Source: Candidatus Pacearchaeota archaeon
GTDB taxonomy: Archaea; Nanobdellota; Nanobdellia; Pacearchaeales; GW2011-AR1
Direction of reading: 5' to 3'
DNA length: 64,000 nucleotides
Assembly: GCA_041649295.1 (NCBI GenBank)
Contig: JBAZNI010000002.1
Span: forward strand, 141,356-205,355
This document shows positions 51,076 through 60,622 of this stretch, piece after piece. The notes under the pieces are model-generated. The model was given only the letters and a program-made list of their open reading frames with translations, searched no databases and was not told the origin of the DNA. Position numbers and translations under genes: made by a program. Position 1 is the stretch's first letter, and each line of letters begins with the position of its first letter.

Positions 51076-52599
51076 ATGGAAAGCAAATTTTGGAAAAAAC
51101 AAGAGAGGAAAATTGTTATGCATGGGAGCGATATGAATATAATTGAAAGTTGTGTTGATAGGCATGCACTTTTTAATCCAAATAAAACTGCTTTTGTATT
51201 TCAGTCATATGGAAAAGTTGTGAAATATTCTTACAAAGAGATTTATGAAAAGGTTAATCAATTTGCGAATTTGCTTGAAAATTCTAAAGTTAAAAAAAAT
51301 TCCCGCGTGTTTGTGTTTTTGCCAAAAGTCCCGGAAATGTATATTTCTATTTTAGCTGTTATAAAACAAGGAAGCATTGCAGCACCTTTATTTGAAGCAT
51401 TTCAGACAGATGGCTTAGAGTTAAGATTAAGAAAAGGAGATGCAGATGTTTTGATAACAAATAAACTATTAGCAAAAAGATTAAAGCATAAAATTAAGGG
51501 AATGAAAGTTTTTGTTGTTGATTCTCAAATATTTAAAAATAAATTGAAAAAACAGAGCAGTTATTTTAATTGTGTTTTAAAAAATAAAAAATCAACTGCT
51601 TTGATGATGTTTACTTCTTCAACTGCAGGAACTCCTGTTGCAGGTGTAGAAATTTCACATTATGGATTAGTTCAACAGCATTATACTGCAGAATTAGTTT
51701 TAAGACTAAACAAGCAAAGCAACTACTGGTGTACTGCCCACCCAGGATGGGTTACAGGAACTATTTACGGATTAATTGCCCCTCTTTCAATAGGATGCAC
51801 AAATTATGTTTTAGAAGAGCATTTTGATGCAAAAATGTGGATTGGTTTTTTAAAGAAAAATAATATAACAACATTATACACTGCTCCTACTGCACTTAGA
51901 CTGCTTAATGGAAATGTGAAAAAATCTGATTTTAAACATCTTAAAGTTTTGGCAAGTGTTGGAGAAGCACTTACAGAATCGACATTTAACTCTTATAAAA
52001 AATTAGGCATTAGAATAACAGATACATACTGGCAAACTGAAACAGGTGCTATGGTAATTGCCAATTATGACTCTTCTAAATTTACAATGGGAAAAGCAAT
52101 TCCAGGATTAAAAGTTTTGATAAATAAGGGGACTATTGCACTAAGACCAAAATGGCCTTCAATGATGACAGGAATTTACAAGCATAAAAAAATGTACAGA
52201 AGTTATTTTAAGAACAAATTATTTATTACCAATGATACTGCAAAAAAGGATAAAAAAGGTTATTTTTATTTTATAGCAAGAAGTGATGATATAATTAAAA
52301 CTTCTGGCGAACGTGTGAGTCCTATAGAAATTGAGTCTGTTTTATTATCTTATAAAAGTATTAAAGAAGCAGCAGTTATTGGTGTTCCAGATGAAATTAA
52401 AGGAAGTATTTTGAAAGCATTTATTGTTTTGAAAGATAAAGTTAAAGAAAGTGATAAATTAAAAATGCAGATAAGCGAGTTTGTAAAAAAATATTATGCA
52501 GGGCATTCTTATCCTAAAATTATTGAGTTTGTTAAATCTCTTCCTAAAACTAATTCTGGTAAAATTATAAGAATGAAGTTGAGAGAGATGGAAAGTTAG
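51076..52599 (+). CDS. AMP-forming acyl/acetyl-CoA synthetase family protein
   Basis: YWQTETG, GYFYFIARSDDIIKTSGERVSPIEIE and SGKIIRMKL. The A3 P-loop (FTSSTAGTPVAG) is degenerate. Confidence 0.8.
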   Translation: MESKFWKKQERKIVMHGSDMNIIESCVDRHALFNPNKTAFVFQSYGKVVKYSYKEIYEKVNQFANLLENSKVKKNSRVFVFLPKVPEMYISILAVIKQGSIAAPLFEAFQTDGLELRLRKGDADVLITNKLLAKRLKHKIKGMKVFVVDSQIFKNKLKKQSSYFNCVLKNKKSTALMMFTSSTAGTPVAGVEISHYGLVQQHYTAELVLRLNKQSNYWCTAHPGWVTGTIYGLIAPLSIGCTNYVLEEHFDAKMWIGFLKKNNITTLYTAPTALRLLNGNVKKSDFKHLKVLASVGEALTESTFNSYKKLGIRITDTYWQTETGAMVIANYDSSKFTMGKAIPGLKVLINKGTIALRPKWPSMMTGIYKHKKMYRSYFKNKLFITNDTAKKDKKGYFYFIARSDDIIKTSGERVSPIEIESVLLSYKSIKEAAVIGVPDEIKGSILKAFIVLKDKVKESDKLKMQISEFVKKYYAGHSYPKIIEFVKSLPKTNSGKIIRMKLREMES

Positions 52600-52656
52600 G
52601 TAAAAAGATTTATTAATGTTATTTTGCTGGTTAAATTATAAAAGGAGGTGATAAAA

Positions 52657-53046
52657 GTGACTTTAGGTGCTGTTGAAATTATGGCTCTGATTGTTGTTAT
52701 TTTAGGAGCTGTAAAAATAATTACTTTTTTAATAAAACCAAGTGCATGGATGCCTGTTGTTGAAAAGGCGTATAGGTGGCCGATATTGACAATGATTGTA
52801 TCCCTTGTTTTAGCTGTAATAGTTCTTAACTACTTAATGGAAGCTGGAATTACAATTGTCCAAATATTTGCAGTTGTCCTTTTTATTGCTCTTTTAGCCT
52901 GGGTAAGTTTAGCATCTTATTCAAAAGATGTGGTTGCTATGGGCAGAAAAGTGCTTAAAGATAGAGCATTTTTAAAAAAGGCATGGGTATCAATTGTTAT
53001 TTGGGTAATACTTGGAGCTTTGGTTGTTAATCAATTGTTTTTTTAG
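52657..53046 (+). CDS. membrane protein
   Basis: Four hydrophobic helices. GGAGG at 52644..52648 favours the GTG at 52657 over the track start at 52648. Confidence 0.45.
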   Translation: MTLGAVEIMALIVVILGAVKIITFLIKPSAWMPVVEKAYRWPILTMIVSLVLAVIVLNYLMEAGITIVQIFAVVLFIALLAWVSLASYSKDVVAMGRKVLKDRAFLKKAWVSIVIWVILGALVVNQLFF

Positions 53047-53135
53047 GTTTGAATATTCTTCTTTTTATTTTTATTTACTTATCTTTATTTTTTGATTATG
53101 AAAAAATTTATATATGTGGATTGTCTAGGTTTATT

Positions 53136-53387
53136 ATGGAAAAAGAAATAGGAAGAATAACTCATTTTTTTGATAAAGTTAGCGTAGCAGTGATTGAGCT
53201 TAGCCATACTGTCAGGGTTGGGGATGTTATTCATGTAAAAGGTTCAACAACCGACTTTATACAAAAGATAGATAGTATGCAAATTGAGCATGAGGAAATT
53301 GAAGAAGCAAATTCTGGAGATGCAATTGGGTTAAAAGTAGATGAGAAAGTGCGCCCCGGGGATAGGGTTTTATTAGTGCAGAAGTAA
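53136..53387 (+). CDS. stand-alone EF-Tu domain-2-like beta-barrel protein
   Basis: MEKEIGRITHFFDKVSVAVIELSHTVRVGDVIHVKG...GDAIGLKVDEKVRPGDRVLLV. The upstream part of the track ORF is hydrophobic and was trimmed. Confidence 0.5.
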   Translation: MEKEIGRITHFFDKVSVAVIELSHTVRVGDVIHVKGSTTDFIQKIDSMQIEHEEIEEANSGDAIGLKVDEKVRPGDRVLLVQK

Positions 53388-53428
53388 GATGATAGATTTA
53401 ATTAGTCTTTTAATTTTAAATAATTATT

Positions 53429-53917
53429 ATGAATAATCCCAATTTAGATAGGATAATGGAACAACAGGAGATAGAGAATCTTATTGCAAATACCCCTATT
53501 GCAGGCAAAGTAGAAGTTGAGAAATATCATGATGAAATTAAAAGAAGATTAGATAGTGGGGTAATTATTCCAGTTATGGGAAATACACATAGAGCTCTTC
53601 ATTTACAGATGTGGATTAAGGCATTTTTTATATATAATTCTTGCGAAAATCATACTATAGGCGGAGAATGTTTTGTTTCTGGACCAAATTGTGATGTAGT
53701 AGCTCGAGGTTGCAATCGAATTCATAATTGCAGAAGCAAAGATTTTCTTGAAGGATTAACATGTGAAAATGAAAGATTTGATATATGGTATGCTAGTGAA
53801 TATGGGACTAAGAACACAGCAGAAGATGCTTATACCAGAAGTATTTTAGCTCGGGCGAGGGAAGAAGCAGAATATTTTTTTGGCAGAGAATTAGAACAAG
53901 TACGTTTGAATATTTAA
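53429..53917 (+). CDS. hypothetical Cys-rich protein
   Basis: 162 aa with several Cys (CENH, GGECFVSGPNCD, RGCNRIHNC). No family recognised. Confidence 0.4.
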   Translation: MNNPNLDRIMEQQEIENLIANTPIAGKVEVEKYHDEIKRRLDSGVIIPVMGNTHRALHLQMWIKAFFIYNSCENHTIGGECFVSGPNCDVVARGCNRIHNCRSKDFLEGLTCENERFDIWYASEYGTKNTAEDAYTRSILARAREEAEYFFGRELEQVRLNI

Positions 53918-55614
53918 CTTATAACTGCTTTTATCCTTCTTATTCCTGCAGCTGCTGATTCTTCTTTGATTATTTTGAACTTTCCTATTTCTCTAGTGTT
54001 TTTTACATGCGGGCCTGTGCAGATTTCTTTGCTGAAATCTCCAATTGTATAAACTGTCACTATTTCTGGATATTTTGCACTAAATACTGCTTGAGCACCA
54101 TGCTCTATTGCTTTTTTCAATGGTAGCTGCTCTACTTTAACATTTATCGCTTTTTTTATTTGTTCATTGACTAATGCTTCTATTTTTGCTATTTCATTTT
54201 CTGTAATAGCTCGCGGGAAATTAAAGTCAAATCTTAATCTTTCTGAAGTTATATTTGAGCCTTTTTGATGTATATTTTTATCTTTTAGAACTATTTTAAG
54301 CGCCCTATTTAATAGGTGGGTTGCTGTATGCAGTTTTGTCGTTGTCTCTGAATTATCCGCCAGTCCTGACTTAAAAGTTCCCTGATTTATTCTGGATAAT
54401 TCTTGGTGTTTTTTAGCTTCATTTTCATATCCGTTTAAATCAACTTTCACTTTTTTTTCTATTGCCAATTCTTTTGTTATTTCAATTGGAAATCCATAAC
54501 TCTGGAAGAGGAGGAAAGCGTCTTTTCCATTAATTATCTTATCTTTTGCTAATTCATTGAATTTTTTCATTCCGGAATTTAATGTCTGATTGAATTTGAC
54601 TTCTTCTTTTTCAAGTTCTTCATAAATTTTTTCTCTATTTTGATTTAATTCAACATAATCCGGGTAAATTTCAAAAACTTTATCAACAATTCTTTTTATC
54701 TGGTTTTTTTCAGAAGCTTCCAGCTTTTTAATATTTACTACTGCTCTTCGTATTAATCTTCTTAATACATATCCCTGCCCGGTATTTGAAGGAGTTATCC
54801 CTTCTCCAATAATAAAAACAGATGCTTTTATATGGTCTGCAATTATTCTCATTTCTTTTTTATTATCTTTATATTCTTTTTTTGAAATATTTTCTATTTC
54901 ACTAATCATCGGTTTGAACAGAGATGTTTCATAGTTGTCCTTTGTGTTGTTTAAAAGTGCAAGTGTCCTTTCAACACCCATGCCGGTGTCAACATTTTTT
55001 TGTTTTAGCTCTTTATATTCCCCTGATTTTTCTTTGTTATACTGCATAAATACATTATTCCAGATTTCTATTTCATTTACGAATATTTCTGTGTCTGGTC
55101 CGCAAGGGCCAGTTTCTCCTGCTGGACCCCACCAATTGTCATTTTTTCCAAGAAATTTTATTTTATTTATTCCCAAAGATTTCCATATTTTTTCACTTTC
55201 AGTATCTTTTTCTGCAGTTTCATCCCCTTTAAAACAACTTACAGAAATTTTTTCTTTTTTAATTTTTAATATTTTTGTTAAAAACTCAAAACTATAACTT
55301 ATTGCTTCTTTTTTCCAGTAATCTCCTAAACTCCAATTACCAAGCATTTCAAAGAAAGTATGGTGGCATTCATCTCCTACTTCATCAATATCTCCTGTTC
55401 TTATGCATTTTTGGATACTGCATAACTTTTTTCCAAGCGGATGTTTTTGCCCCAATAAATAAGGAACTAATGGATGCATGCCTGCTGTTGTAAAAAGCAC
55501 TGTAGGGTCATTTTCAGGTATTAGGGATGCATATGGTATTGTTTTATGCCCTTTAGAATTAAAGAAACTTAGATATGATTTTATTAATTCCTGCCTTGTT
55601 TTAATGTACTTCAT
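53914..55614 (-). CDS. alaS: alanyl-tRNA synthetase, bacterial-type, short form (566 aa, no C-Ala domain)
   Basis: N-terminus SYLSFFNSKGHKTIPYASLIPENDPTVLFTTAGMHP...HHTFFEMLGNWSLGDY parallels bacterial AlaRS. Editing-domain motifs HTATHLL and CTGPHV are present. The protein ends right after the editing domain. Confidence 0.9.
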   Translation of the reverse strand: MKYIKTRQELIKSYLSFFNSKGHKTIPYASLIPENDPTVLFTTAGMHPLVPYLLGQKHPLGKKLCSIQKCIRTGDIDEVGDECHHTFFEMLGNWSLGDYWKKEAISYSFEFLTKILKIKKEKISVSCFKGDETAEKDTESEKIWKSLGINKIKFLGKNDNWWGPAGETGPCGPDTEIFVNEIEIWNNVFMQYNKEKSGEYKELKQKNVDTGMGVERTLALLNNTKDNYETSLFKPMISEIENISKKEYKDNKKEMRIIADHIKASVFIIGEGITPSNTGQGYVLRRLIRRAVVNIKKLEASEKNQIKRIVDKVFEIYPDYVELNQNREKIYEELEKEEVKFNQTLNSGMKKFNELAKDKIINGKDAFLLFQSYGFPIEITKELAIEKKVKVDLNGYENEAKKHQELSRINQGTFKSGLADNSETTTKLHTATHLLNRALKIVLKDKNIHQKGSNITSERLRFDFNFPRAITENEIAKIEALVNEQIKKAINVKVEQLPLKKAIEHGAQAVFSAKYPEIVTVYTIGDFSKEICTGPHVKNTREIGKFKIIKEESAAAGIRRIKAVIS

Positions 55615-55808
55615 AATTCTGATAAGAATAAGATGTTTAAAAATTTATTTAAGCGAACAGGAGAGCAGTTTATTACATATATTTATTTATCAATAAGAAG
55701 ACTAAATATTTGATACGGGTTTTTATTAGAAATATCTTTTTGTTATGTTATTGCCTTAAATTCTCAAGTATATAAATGTTTAAAAAATCTTTTCTTTATT
55801 GAAAATCT

Positions 55809-56612
55809 ATGTTGGATAAAATTTTAAACACAGCAGAGGACTTAGTAATAATCGGCAAGTCAGGAACAAAAGGCAAATATGTTTTTGCTTTTCCACTAGA
55901 AGGAAAAGTTGCAAAACACTATTTTGATAAAACTCTTGCAGATGGAGAAGAAAGAAACGTAGCTGGTTTTAAAGAGTACTGGCAATTTGATGATAAAACA
56001 GGATTAATAACTGGCTCAAGCACTTTTTTAGCTTTAAGACTTGATGAAGCAGTTAGAGCAGATGGTTTTTGGATACCAGATATAGAAGAAGCATTATTTT
56101 TAGATAAAGAAAGAAGATTAACAAATGGAGTTTACAGAGATTATGGATTAGCTGTTTTTAATGATGGGGGACCTAATCAAAAAGTGGCAAATGAAATTAT
56201 TAGTAAATCTGGGAATAGAGACCTGCCATTAATTATCCCTTTTAAAGATATGACCCACAGACTAGATGGAAATTTCCCTTATGGTGTTGCAATTTCTTTA
56301 GTTGATAATCCTTCTGGATTAAAATCAGGAGAACAAGCGCAGAAAATTTTAAGCAGGTCTAATTATGTTGGAGATTCTGGGGCGTGCGGGGTTTGTCGCT
56401 ACAGGGGTGGCGATTGGCTTGCTAGCTTGGACGAGTTAGGCGTCTCTGGCTCCTGTGGTCGGGGGGATTTTTTGTGTGGCGAAGCCACAAGCGCTGATTT
56501 GTTAAGTGCCCATGATGGTTTACTTGAGAGGGAATATAACACTAAATTAATTCAATTGCAAGAAGAAAGAGAGGAAAGAGAAAAAAGTTTTTTAGAATCT
56601 TTTAAAAAATAA
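55809..56612 (+). CDS. hypothetical protein, paralogue of 40921..41676, with A-depleted hypervariable-looking C-terminal patch
   Basis: 267 aa, no signal peptide. The patch encodes GDSGACGVCRYRGGDWLASLDELGVSGSCGRGDFLCGE using codons rare elsewhere in the window. Confidence 0.5.
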   Translation: MLDKILNTAEDLVIIGKSGTKGKYVFAFPLEGKVAKHYFDKTLADGEERNVAGFKEYWQFDDKTGLITGSSTFLALRLDEAVRADGFWIPDIEEALFLDKERRLTNGVYRDYGLAVFNDGGPNQKVANEIISKSGNRDLPLIIPFKDMTHRLDGNFPYGVAISLVDNPSGLKSGEQAQKILSRSNYVGDSGACGVCRYRGGDWLASLDELGVSGSCGRGDFLCGEATSADLLSAHDGLLEREYNTKLIQLQEEREEREKSFLESFKK

Positions 56613-56639
56613 GTATATAAGCAATTTGCAGATTTTATT

Positions 56640-56981
56640 TTAGCCTAATTCGTCAAGTTTTCTCTGTATTTCTCTTAACTGTGATTCAATGTCAGAATCT
56701 TCTTTTAAATCCCTTTTTTGTTTTACCTGTACCTGGATTTTTTTTGCTTCTTCAATTTTATGGGTTGTTGGGACTTCTTTTAGGAGTTCAAAGATTGCTT
56801 CTTTTATTTCTGATATTTCATTTTTTAATTTTATCTTAAGCATAATTTCTTTTTTTCTTAATAATCTGTATTCCTTTAATCTTTTTATTGTTGCAAGTAT
56901 CTCTGCTTCAGTTTTCAATATTTCTTTTCTAATTTGCACTGCTTCAGAATAACCAATTTTTGCATAAACAGGTTCATCCAT
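56640..56981 (-). CDS. coiled-coil protein
   Basis: 113 aa with heptad-like Glu/Lys/Ile-rich sequence. Co-oriented 4 nt after the upstream gene. Confidence 0.45.
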   Translation of the reverse strand: MDEPVYAKIGYSEAVQIRKEILKTEAEILATIKRLKEYRLLRKKEIMLKIKLKNEISEIKEAIFELLKEVPTTHKIEEAKKIQVQVKQKRDLKEDSDIESQLREIQRKLDELG

Positions 56982-56985
56982 TTTC

Positions 56986-57633
56986 TTAAACTTTTGTGAA
57001 TAAATCTTGATCTATTTTTTCAAGATTTGATTTAATAATTTCTAATTCCCCTTCCCATTGACTTAATTCTCTTTCTTCACTTGATTTAAGCTCTTTAATC
57101 CCCTTTAAAGTAAAATCTAGTTCAGAAAGCTTTATTTTTATTTCGTTAAATTTTGAAATTGCTTTTTCAAATTTGTCAAGCTTAACAAACAGCTGTTCTT
57201 GCCCCCTTATTTTTTGGGCAAACTGGAATGTTTCTTTTTGATTCCCATCAGATTCAAAATTACTGATTCTTCTTTCCGGATTTGGGTGAATCATTAAAGA
57301 ACCAACTGTTTTGTGACTTGGCAACTCTTCTATTTCTTTTGTTCTGCTTCCAATTGCAGAATATTTTTTAAACTGCTCCGGGGGTTTTGGAGATTCTATA
57401 AATTCGCTTTCTTCATTTATAGCCTGTTTTATTGTATTTTGGTTAATTTCATCCCCTAAGTTTGATTTTGGGAATTTTGGCAATGCAGGAAGATAATCAG
57501 AGGGTTCCTGATCTTCTTCATATTCTGTCTCATCTTTTGGCAATGCAGGAATTTTAGGATATTCTCTTGAACTTGGCAATGCAGGAAGAGTTTCTATTTC
57601 ATCCCCCCTCTTTTTTTTCCAAAATAAGCCCAT
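56986..57633 (-). CDS. protein with three (L/I)PALP repeats and a C-terminal coiled coil
   Basis: 215 aa. LPALPSS, IPALPKD and LPALPKF are each encoded by the same 14-mer; the C-terminal half is helical. Confidence 0.45.
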   Translation of the reverse strand: MGLFWKKKRGDEIETLPALPSSREYPKIPALPKDETEYEEDQEPSDYLPALPKFPKSNLGDEINQNTIKQAINEESEFIESPKPPEQFKKYSAIGSRTKEIEELPSHKTVGSLMIHPNPERRISNFESDGNQKETFQFAQKIRGQEQLFVKLDKFEKAISKFNEIKIKLSELDFTLKGIKELKSSEERELSQWEGELEIIKSNLEKIDQDLFTKV

Positions 57634-57752
57634 ATTATATTTCTCTTTTATATATTATAATATTGTATAAACTATCGCTATGTTTAAAAATCTATCTATA
57701 TGTTTTTACATGCAATAGATGAATTTTTAAACTTATTTTTTGTTAATAGTTT

Positions 57753-58553
57753 ATGGCTAATGATAAGGCAAATATTTCTGTAAAAGATGTTAAAACAGAA
57801 TTTCTTAGAGAGATTGCTTTATCTATTGCAGGAAAAAATGCAGGGGCAATGGTTGATTTGCTTATCGGAAAGGAAAATGTGAATGAATTTATTATTGCAA
57901 AAAAACTTGGGTTGACAATAAATCAGGTTAGGAATATCCTGTATAAACTATCTGATGAGGGGCTTGTTTCTTTTATAAGAAAAAAGGACAAGAAAAAAGG
58001 GTGGTATACATATTTTTGGACATTTGACGATGATAAATCTCTTTCTTTGCTGAAAAAAAGTTTATTGGATGAAATTTCCCGGCTACAAGGTCAGCTAAAA
58101 AGCAGGGAAATTAAACAGTTTTATATTTGTAAAACCTGCAATGTTGAATTGACAGAAGAGAATGCCATGCTTCATGATTTTACATGCCCTGAATGTGGAG
58201 AGATTTATGGGGCTTCTGACAGCTCTTCAGCAATCAGCGAGATAGAATCAAGCATTAATAAACTTCGAAAAAGACTTGAAAAAATAGATTTTGAGCTTAA
58301 TATTATAAAAATTGAAAAAGAAAAGAAAGCAGTAAAACGTGCAGTAAAAGCAGAAAGAGCAGCTAAAGAACTAAGAAAACAGAAAAGAGATGAAAGAGCT
58401 GCAAAAAAGATAAGGGAAAATGTGCAGATTAAAAAGATTCATAAGGTAAATTTTAGAAAGAAGCAGACAAAATACAAGGTTATTAAAAAGGCAAAAAAAT
58501 CTCCAAAAAAATCTGCCCTTAAAAACCGCAAAAAACAGCAGAGAAAAAAATAA
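57753..58553 (+). CDS. tfe: transcription factor E (TFE-alpha, TFIIE-alpha homologue) with Lys-rich tail
   Basis: A winged helix (EFIIAKKLGLTINQVRNILYKLSDEGLVSF), the Zn-ribbon CKTCN...CPECG, and a long basic C-terminal extension. Confidence 0.8.
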   Translation: MANDKANISVKDVKTEFLREIALSIAGKNAGAMVDLLIGKENVNEFIIAKKLGLTINQVRNILYKLSDEGLVSFIRKKDKKKGWYTYFWTFDDDKSLSLLKKSLLDEISRLQGQLKSREIKQFYICKTCNVELTEENAMLHDFTCPECGEIYGASDSSSAISEIESSINKLRKRLEKIDFELNIIKIEKEKKAVKRAVKAERAAKELRKQKRDERAAKKIRENVQIKKIHKVNFRKKQTKYKVIKKAKKSPKKSALKNRKKQQRKK

Positions 58554-58576
58554 AAAATTAAGATAATAATCAAAAA

Positions 58577-59326
58577 ATGGGCGAAAATCTTAGAATCTAT
58601 ACAAAAAGAAATCTTAAACATGGTTTTTTTGAAAAATTTTTGTATAATTTTTCTGTAACAAAACAGATAATAACCGCAAACATTATTTTATTTATACTTT
58701 TTACTACTTTGCTGACTATTAATTCGGGTTTTATAGATTATATTGCTCTCAAACCAAGCGATGTTGCTGGGGGAAAATATCTTTGGACATTTGCAACAAG
58801 TATGTTTATGCATGCTCCTGCAGCATTAATATTTCCATTCAGTCTGCTTTCGTTCCACCTTTTAATTAATATGTTTGTTCTTATTTCACTTGGAAGTTTT
58901 TGTGAAAAAATAATTGGTAGAAAGAGGTTTTTATGGTTTTATATTATTGCAGGGTTAGTCTCGGGAGCAGTATTTGTTCTACTTTCTGTGTTTTTTGCAA
59001 ATTTTCCTTTTTGGGAAAAAGTTTTTGGAAGTCCTGAAATTGCAGGAGTTGGTGCGAGTGGAGCAATATTTGCTGTTGCTGGACTGCTTATGGTGTTAAT
59101 TCCAAAATTGAAATTTACAGTAATCTTTTTCCCATTTTTTTCACTTCCTGCTTATGTAATGATTCCTTTAGTTTTATTTGCAACTTGGGGGGTTTCAGCA
59201 GCAAGCGGGCTGCCTGTTGGAAATACAGCCCATTTCGGAGGATTTTTAACCGGGGTTATTTACGGAGTTTATCTTAGAAAAAAATATTCAAAAAAAATTA
59301 AAATATTAAACAGGTATATTGGATGA
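58577..59326 (+). CDS. rhomboid-family intramembrane serine protease
   Basis: Multi-TM protein with HLLINM, the catalytic GASGAIFAV, and AHFGGFLTG. Confidence 0.8.
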   Translation: MGENLRIYTKRNLKHGFFEKFLYNFSVTKQIITANIILFILFTTLLTINSGFIDYIALKPSDVAGGKYLWTFATSMFMHAPAALIFPFSLLSFHLLINMFVLISLGSFCEKIIGRKRFLWFYIIAGLVSGAVFVLLSVFFANFPFWEKVFGSPEIAGVGASGAIFAVAGLLMVLIPKLKFTVIFFPFFSLPAYVMIPLVLFATWGVSAASGLPVGNTAHFGGFLTGVIYGVYLRKKYSKKIKILNRYIG

Positions 59327-60090
59327 TAAGAAGAAAGAAGCGCATTGAAAGAGGCAAAGATTTTTTTGGCATCAGAAAAAAGTATTTTGAAAGTTTTAAA
59401 TTTTTAAAATCAATTGATAACTATCTTGCAATGTCTTTTGCGCTGTTTTTATTTTTATTTGCTTTTGGGTTTTTGGCGTTTTTTATACTGCCTGATTCTA
59501 TTTTAAATTATCTTCTTGAGTTTGTTTCGAAATGGATTAAAGAACTGTTAGAACAGACAGAAGGAAAGGGATTTTTTGAAATGTGGTGGTACATATTTGC
59601 GAATAATCTTAGTATAGGTTTTTTTTCAGCGTTTTTAGGAATTTTCTTAGGGATACCTACTTTGTTTTTTCTCTTTTTTAACGGAGCAGGTATTGGGTTT
59701 GTTTCAGGAATTGTTGCTAATGAAGAAAATCTGATAAGCTTATTAACTTTGCTTCCTCACGGGGTATTTGAAATTCCAGCAATACTTATTTCGTTTGCTT
59801 TGGGAATTAAGCTGGGATACTCCCCAATTTTAAGGCTTATTAAGACATATTATAAAAATGCAGATGATTTTTTAATTGCGCTCTTTTTTATTTTGCTGTT
59901 TCCGCTGATTGTTATTTTTAGTCTTCCTTTATTTATTATTGCTGCTGTGTTTACTATGAATAACTTTAGTTTAAGAAAAAAATTTCTTCATGATTTAGCA
60001 AGCTCAATTCAAGTATTTTTTCTTATTGTTGCCCCTTTATTTATAATTGCAGCAATAATTGAAAGCGCCTTGATTGTCTTTTGGAGTTAA
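59323..60090 (+). CDS. SpoIIM-like (DUF95) membrane protein
   Basis: IFANNLSIGFF, FFNGAGIGFV and LLPHGVFEIPAILISFALG are typical of the family. ATGA overlap with the rhomboid gene. Confidence 0.6.
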   Translation: MIRRKKRIERGKDFFGIRKKYFESFKFLKSIDNYLAMSFALFLFLFAFGFLAFFILPDSILNYLLEFVSKWIKELLEQTEGKGFFEMWWYIFANNLSIGFFSAFLGIFLGIPTLFFLFFNGAGIGFVSGIVANEENLISLLTLLPHGVFEIPAILISFALGIKLGYSPILRLIKTYYKNADDFLIALFFILLFPLIVIFSLPLFIIAAVFTMNNFSLRKKFLHDLASSIQVFFLIVAPLFIIAAIIESALIVFWS

Positions 60091-60277
60091 CAAATAATTT
60101 ATGTAATAATCCATAACAACCTTGTTTATGTTTTTTAATACTGATAGGAGAATATTTACTTTTTATTTTAGTTTATTATTTATTCTTAACCCTAAACATT
60201 AATGATAGATTTTCTTCACATTAACCTTTTATTTTTAGTACAATAATATTTATAAATGATTAAATCCAGGAGAAATT

Positions 60278-60622
60278 ATGGAGATTAGAGAATCTGGATT
60301 ATGGTGGATGGTAAAAAATCCTTATCAATTAGACACTAATCATACTATTTTATTAGCACGTGACTTTAAAAATGGTGGTGTGTCTGAGGAGGGATTTACT
60401 AGAGAAGAAGTAAAACAAATTGTGCCTCAAGTAGAGAAAATGTTTAGACGTTGTTTTTATAAAAGATCGTATGGGTATACATTAGTAACTGTTAATGGAG
60501 AACAATTTTATGTTTGTGTAGATGAATCATCGGTTAGAATTCCTCAAGGATCAAATATGAAGGGAATTAGAACTTCAAATGACAATGAAATTCCTACATT
60601 TGAACGTGGACTAAAAGATTAA
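60278..60622 (+). CDS. hypothetical protein
   Basis: 114-aa ORF with a TATA-like element upstream. No motif recognised. Confidence 0.35.
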   Translation: MEIRESGLWWMVKNPYQLDTNHTILLARDFKNGGVSEEGFTREEVKQIVPQVEKMFRRCFYKRSYGYTLVTVNGEQFYVCVDESSVRIPQGSNMKGIRTSNDNEIPTFERGLKD

